Assembly: GCA_043228905.1 (NCBI GenBank) | Contig: JBHGNT010000007.1 | Span: 3,782,001 to 3,846,000 of the forward strand | Direction of reading: 5' to 3' | Origin: Azolla caroliniana | Lineage: Eukaryota > Plantae > Polypodiophyta | DNA: 64,000 nucleotides | The notes under the pieces: model-generated | Seen by the model: the letters and a program-made list of their open reading frames with translations, nothing else | What the model was told of the DNA's origin: nothing | Database searches by the model: none | Made by a program: the position numbers and the translations under genes | Part shown: piece after piece, positions 62,085 through 64,000 of the stretch | How the letters are laid out: every line of letters starts with the position of its first letter | Position numbering within the stretch: the first letter of the stretch is position 1

Positions 62085-63122
62085 AAGCAAAACTGGAACC
62101 GGAACTGGCAAGCAAACCGGCACTGGAACCGGCCGGCAAGCAAAACCGTAACCGTAACCGGCAAGCAAATCGGAACCGGAACCGGTCAGCAAGCAAAACC
62201 GGAACCGGCCGGTAAGCAAAACCGGAACCGGAACCGGCAAGCAAATCGGAACCGGAATCGGCCGGCAAGCAAAACTGGAATCGGAACCGTCCGGCAAGCA
62301 AAACCGGAACTGCAACCGGCAAGCAAAATGGAATTGGCCGGTGAGGGATTCAGCGATCGGGCGGAACCGGCTACCGGACGAGGTTGGACGCGGACGGACG
62401 GAAGATTGGATCATGCAACAAACTAAAGTAAAGTGAAGAGAACTAAAGTAAAGGCCATGTGGATGCAAGCAACTAAAGTTGGAGTGCATACAAAAAGTAA
62501 AGGTCATGTGGACGGTCACATGCAACTAAACAAAAAAGCCATGCAACTAAAAATAGATGCAACTAAAAGAAAAAGCTAAGCAACTAAAAGTAGAGGCCAT
62601 GCAACAAAAAGTGGAAAGGCTATGATCAAGGGAGAACTCCATATATATTCGATTTTTTTTTCCTTCACGAGGACCCACTCTCCATATTATATTTCTTTTT
62701 CTTTTCCTTCTCAACTCCCTTATCTTAGGTAAGCCATACCTCTCATAATTCCTAAATTCCCTACGGAAGCCATAACACTCAAAAACCCTAAAATTCCCTA
62801 CAGAAGCCATAATACTCAAAAACCCTAATCTTCCCTACGGAAGCCATAATACTCATATAACCTAATCCTAATTTTCCCTACGGAAGCCATATCTACCAAA
62901 ACCCCTAATTTTTCTTTTCTATTAATCTTAGTAAAGCTAAAACTTCTAAATCCCAATCTTGGGACATATTGTAATTTTTTTTTCCTTTGTTAATGAAAAT
63001 TATTAAATTTCTTCTTTCTGTTAATTGTTAAAAAATATAAACGCACGAATGTGATTATCTTCTGGTCGGAGGCCCCGGGGTCCTGCCTCAAGTTCACGTA
63101 TCCTCGTCGTATTTTCGCGACA
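62085..63122 (-). mobile_element. Truncated LTR-like insert with internal tandem repeats, inside Copia-B
   Basis: Begins TGTCGCGAAAAT (minus strand) right after integrase codons YVHVP. Arrays of (ACCGGA)n-GGCAAGCAAA (62085-62340), ATGCAACTAAA (62410-62610) and CCCTACGGAAGCCATA (62759-62892). No CA terminus or TSD at the other end. Confidence 0.65.
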
Positions 63123-64000
63123 CCGGTACATGCACATATGCAATGCTACCGAATATCCGAAGGTGTCTCAAATTCGGCTTGCACCCAAAATACAGCTCAT
63201 GCACGGACACCTTGTCACCGATCTGGTTTTGATGCAGACGGTTGTCCGGATCGCCTCTGCCTAGTAGAAATGGGGCATGCTCTTATCTTCCAACATTGCC
63301 CTTGCCGCATCGAAGATCGATCGATTCTTCCTCTCGGCCACACCGTTTTGCTCCGGTGTGTACCTGCAACTGAATTCTCTCCGAATTCCTTTTTGCTGCA
63401 GATAACTGTTGAATTGGCCGGAAAAATATTCTTTTCTGCCATCCGACCGCAGGCACTTGATCTTCCTCTTCGTTTCCCGTTCAACCAGGCTTTGCAGGTT
63501 CCGAAAACACTCGAAGACTTCGCTCTTCCGCTGAATGAGGTAGATCCATGTGTGCCAGTTGTAGTCGTCGATGAAGGAGACGAAATATCGACTCCCGCCA
63601 AGACTCACGTTCTGTGTCGGTCCCCATACATCCGAATGAATAAGGTCGAGCTTGTTACGGCTACAACTTTGTTCAGTGGGGAATGGAAGCCGGTGTTTCT
63701 TCTCGAGTTGGCAGGCTTCACATATTTTGGCCTTCCGGCCACTGAACTTCGGTAAACTGAAAACAACTTGTTTCGTTTGCTGGTCTTGAAGCCTCCGATA
63801 ATTGACGTGGCTGATCCGCTTGTGCCAGAGATCAATATTTGATTCAATCTTCTATCCTTTGGTGAACAAAGCGGTGCAGATGTCATTGGTGTCGAGGATA
63901 AACATCCTCCTGTCTCTGCGCCCTTGCGCAATGATTTGCCCCTCTTCCTCGATGAAGCACTCGAGGTGCGTAAACCACACTTACATCCCTTGGTCGACAA

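Larger units (their letters stand above)
54517..64000 (-). mobile_element. Degenerate Ty1/Copia element (Copia-B): 3' LTR 54517-54933, RNase H, partial RT, integrase; runs off the window; hosts two nested inserts
   Basis: LTR starts TGTTGAGCGG after PPT AGGGGGAG. RNase H KNPVFHARTKHIEVHYHFVRE (61112-61351), RT LYVDDL / MKDLGDLHYFLGIEV (61594-62080), integrase LRSDG..EYFS / QNGVAERKNR (63261-63608). Confidence 0.9.

Noticed and set aside
61960-62525. PVPVPV/RFRFRF-repeat ORFs
   Set aside because: Translation of hexamer tandem repeats in the LTR-like insert, not a protein gene.

Overview
This is eukaryotic land-plant nuclear DNA. The gene and TE families suggest a non-seed plant such as a fern, but that is inference. 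A gene island (~14.6-48.7 kb) lies between two nested retrotransposon clusters. Genes: a secreted Gly-rich/8-Cys protein, an intronless PLS-E-type PPR protein, an SCL28/DLT-type GRAS factor, a 4-exon PIRL-type LRR gene, an intronless multi-pass membrane protein and a 5-exon choline-transporter-like (CTL/PNS1) gene. The left cluster (1-11 kb) is a decayed Gypsy interrupted by a second Gypsy, which carries an RT-less Copia (TSD GTTCC) and a solo LTR (4-bp TSD ACGG). The right cluster (52-64 kb) is a LINE fragment interrupted by a 1.46-kb mini-chromovirus (TSD GAATG) and by an old Copia. That old Copia carries a very young, near-intact Copia (TSD TTGTC, LTRs differ at 1 of 505 nt by eye) and a truncated repeat-rich LTR. 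Most notable observations: (1) a 10-bp stem with an 18-nt loop enclosing the PPT/LTR junction in three Copia elements with otherwise dissimilar LTRs; (2) a ~220-codon in-frame extension of Copia pol; (3) six MSA cores just upstream of the SCL28-like gene; (4) 23-aa repeats in that GRAS protein; (5) an intronic copy of a spliced exon junction in the PIRL gene; (6) a 10x TGACGG promoter cluster. No prokaryotic features, RNA genes or CRISPR arrays were seen. All alignments and counts were done by eye.
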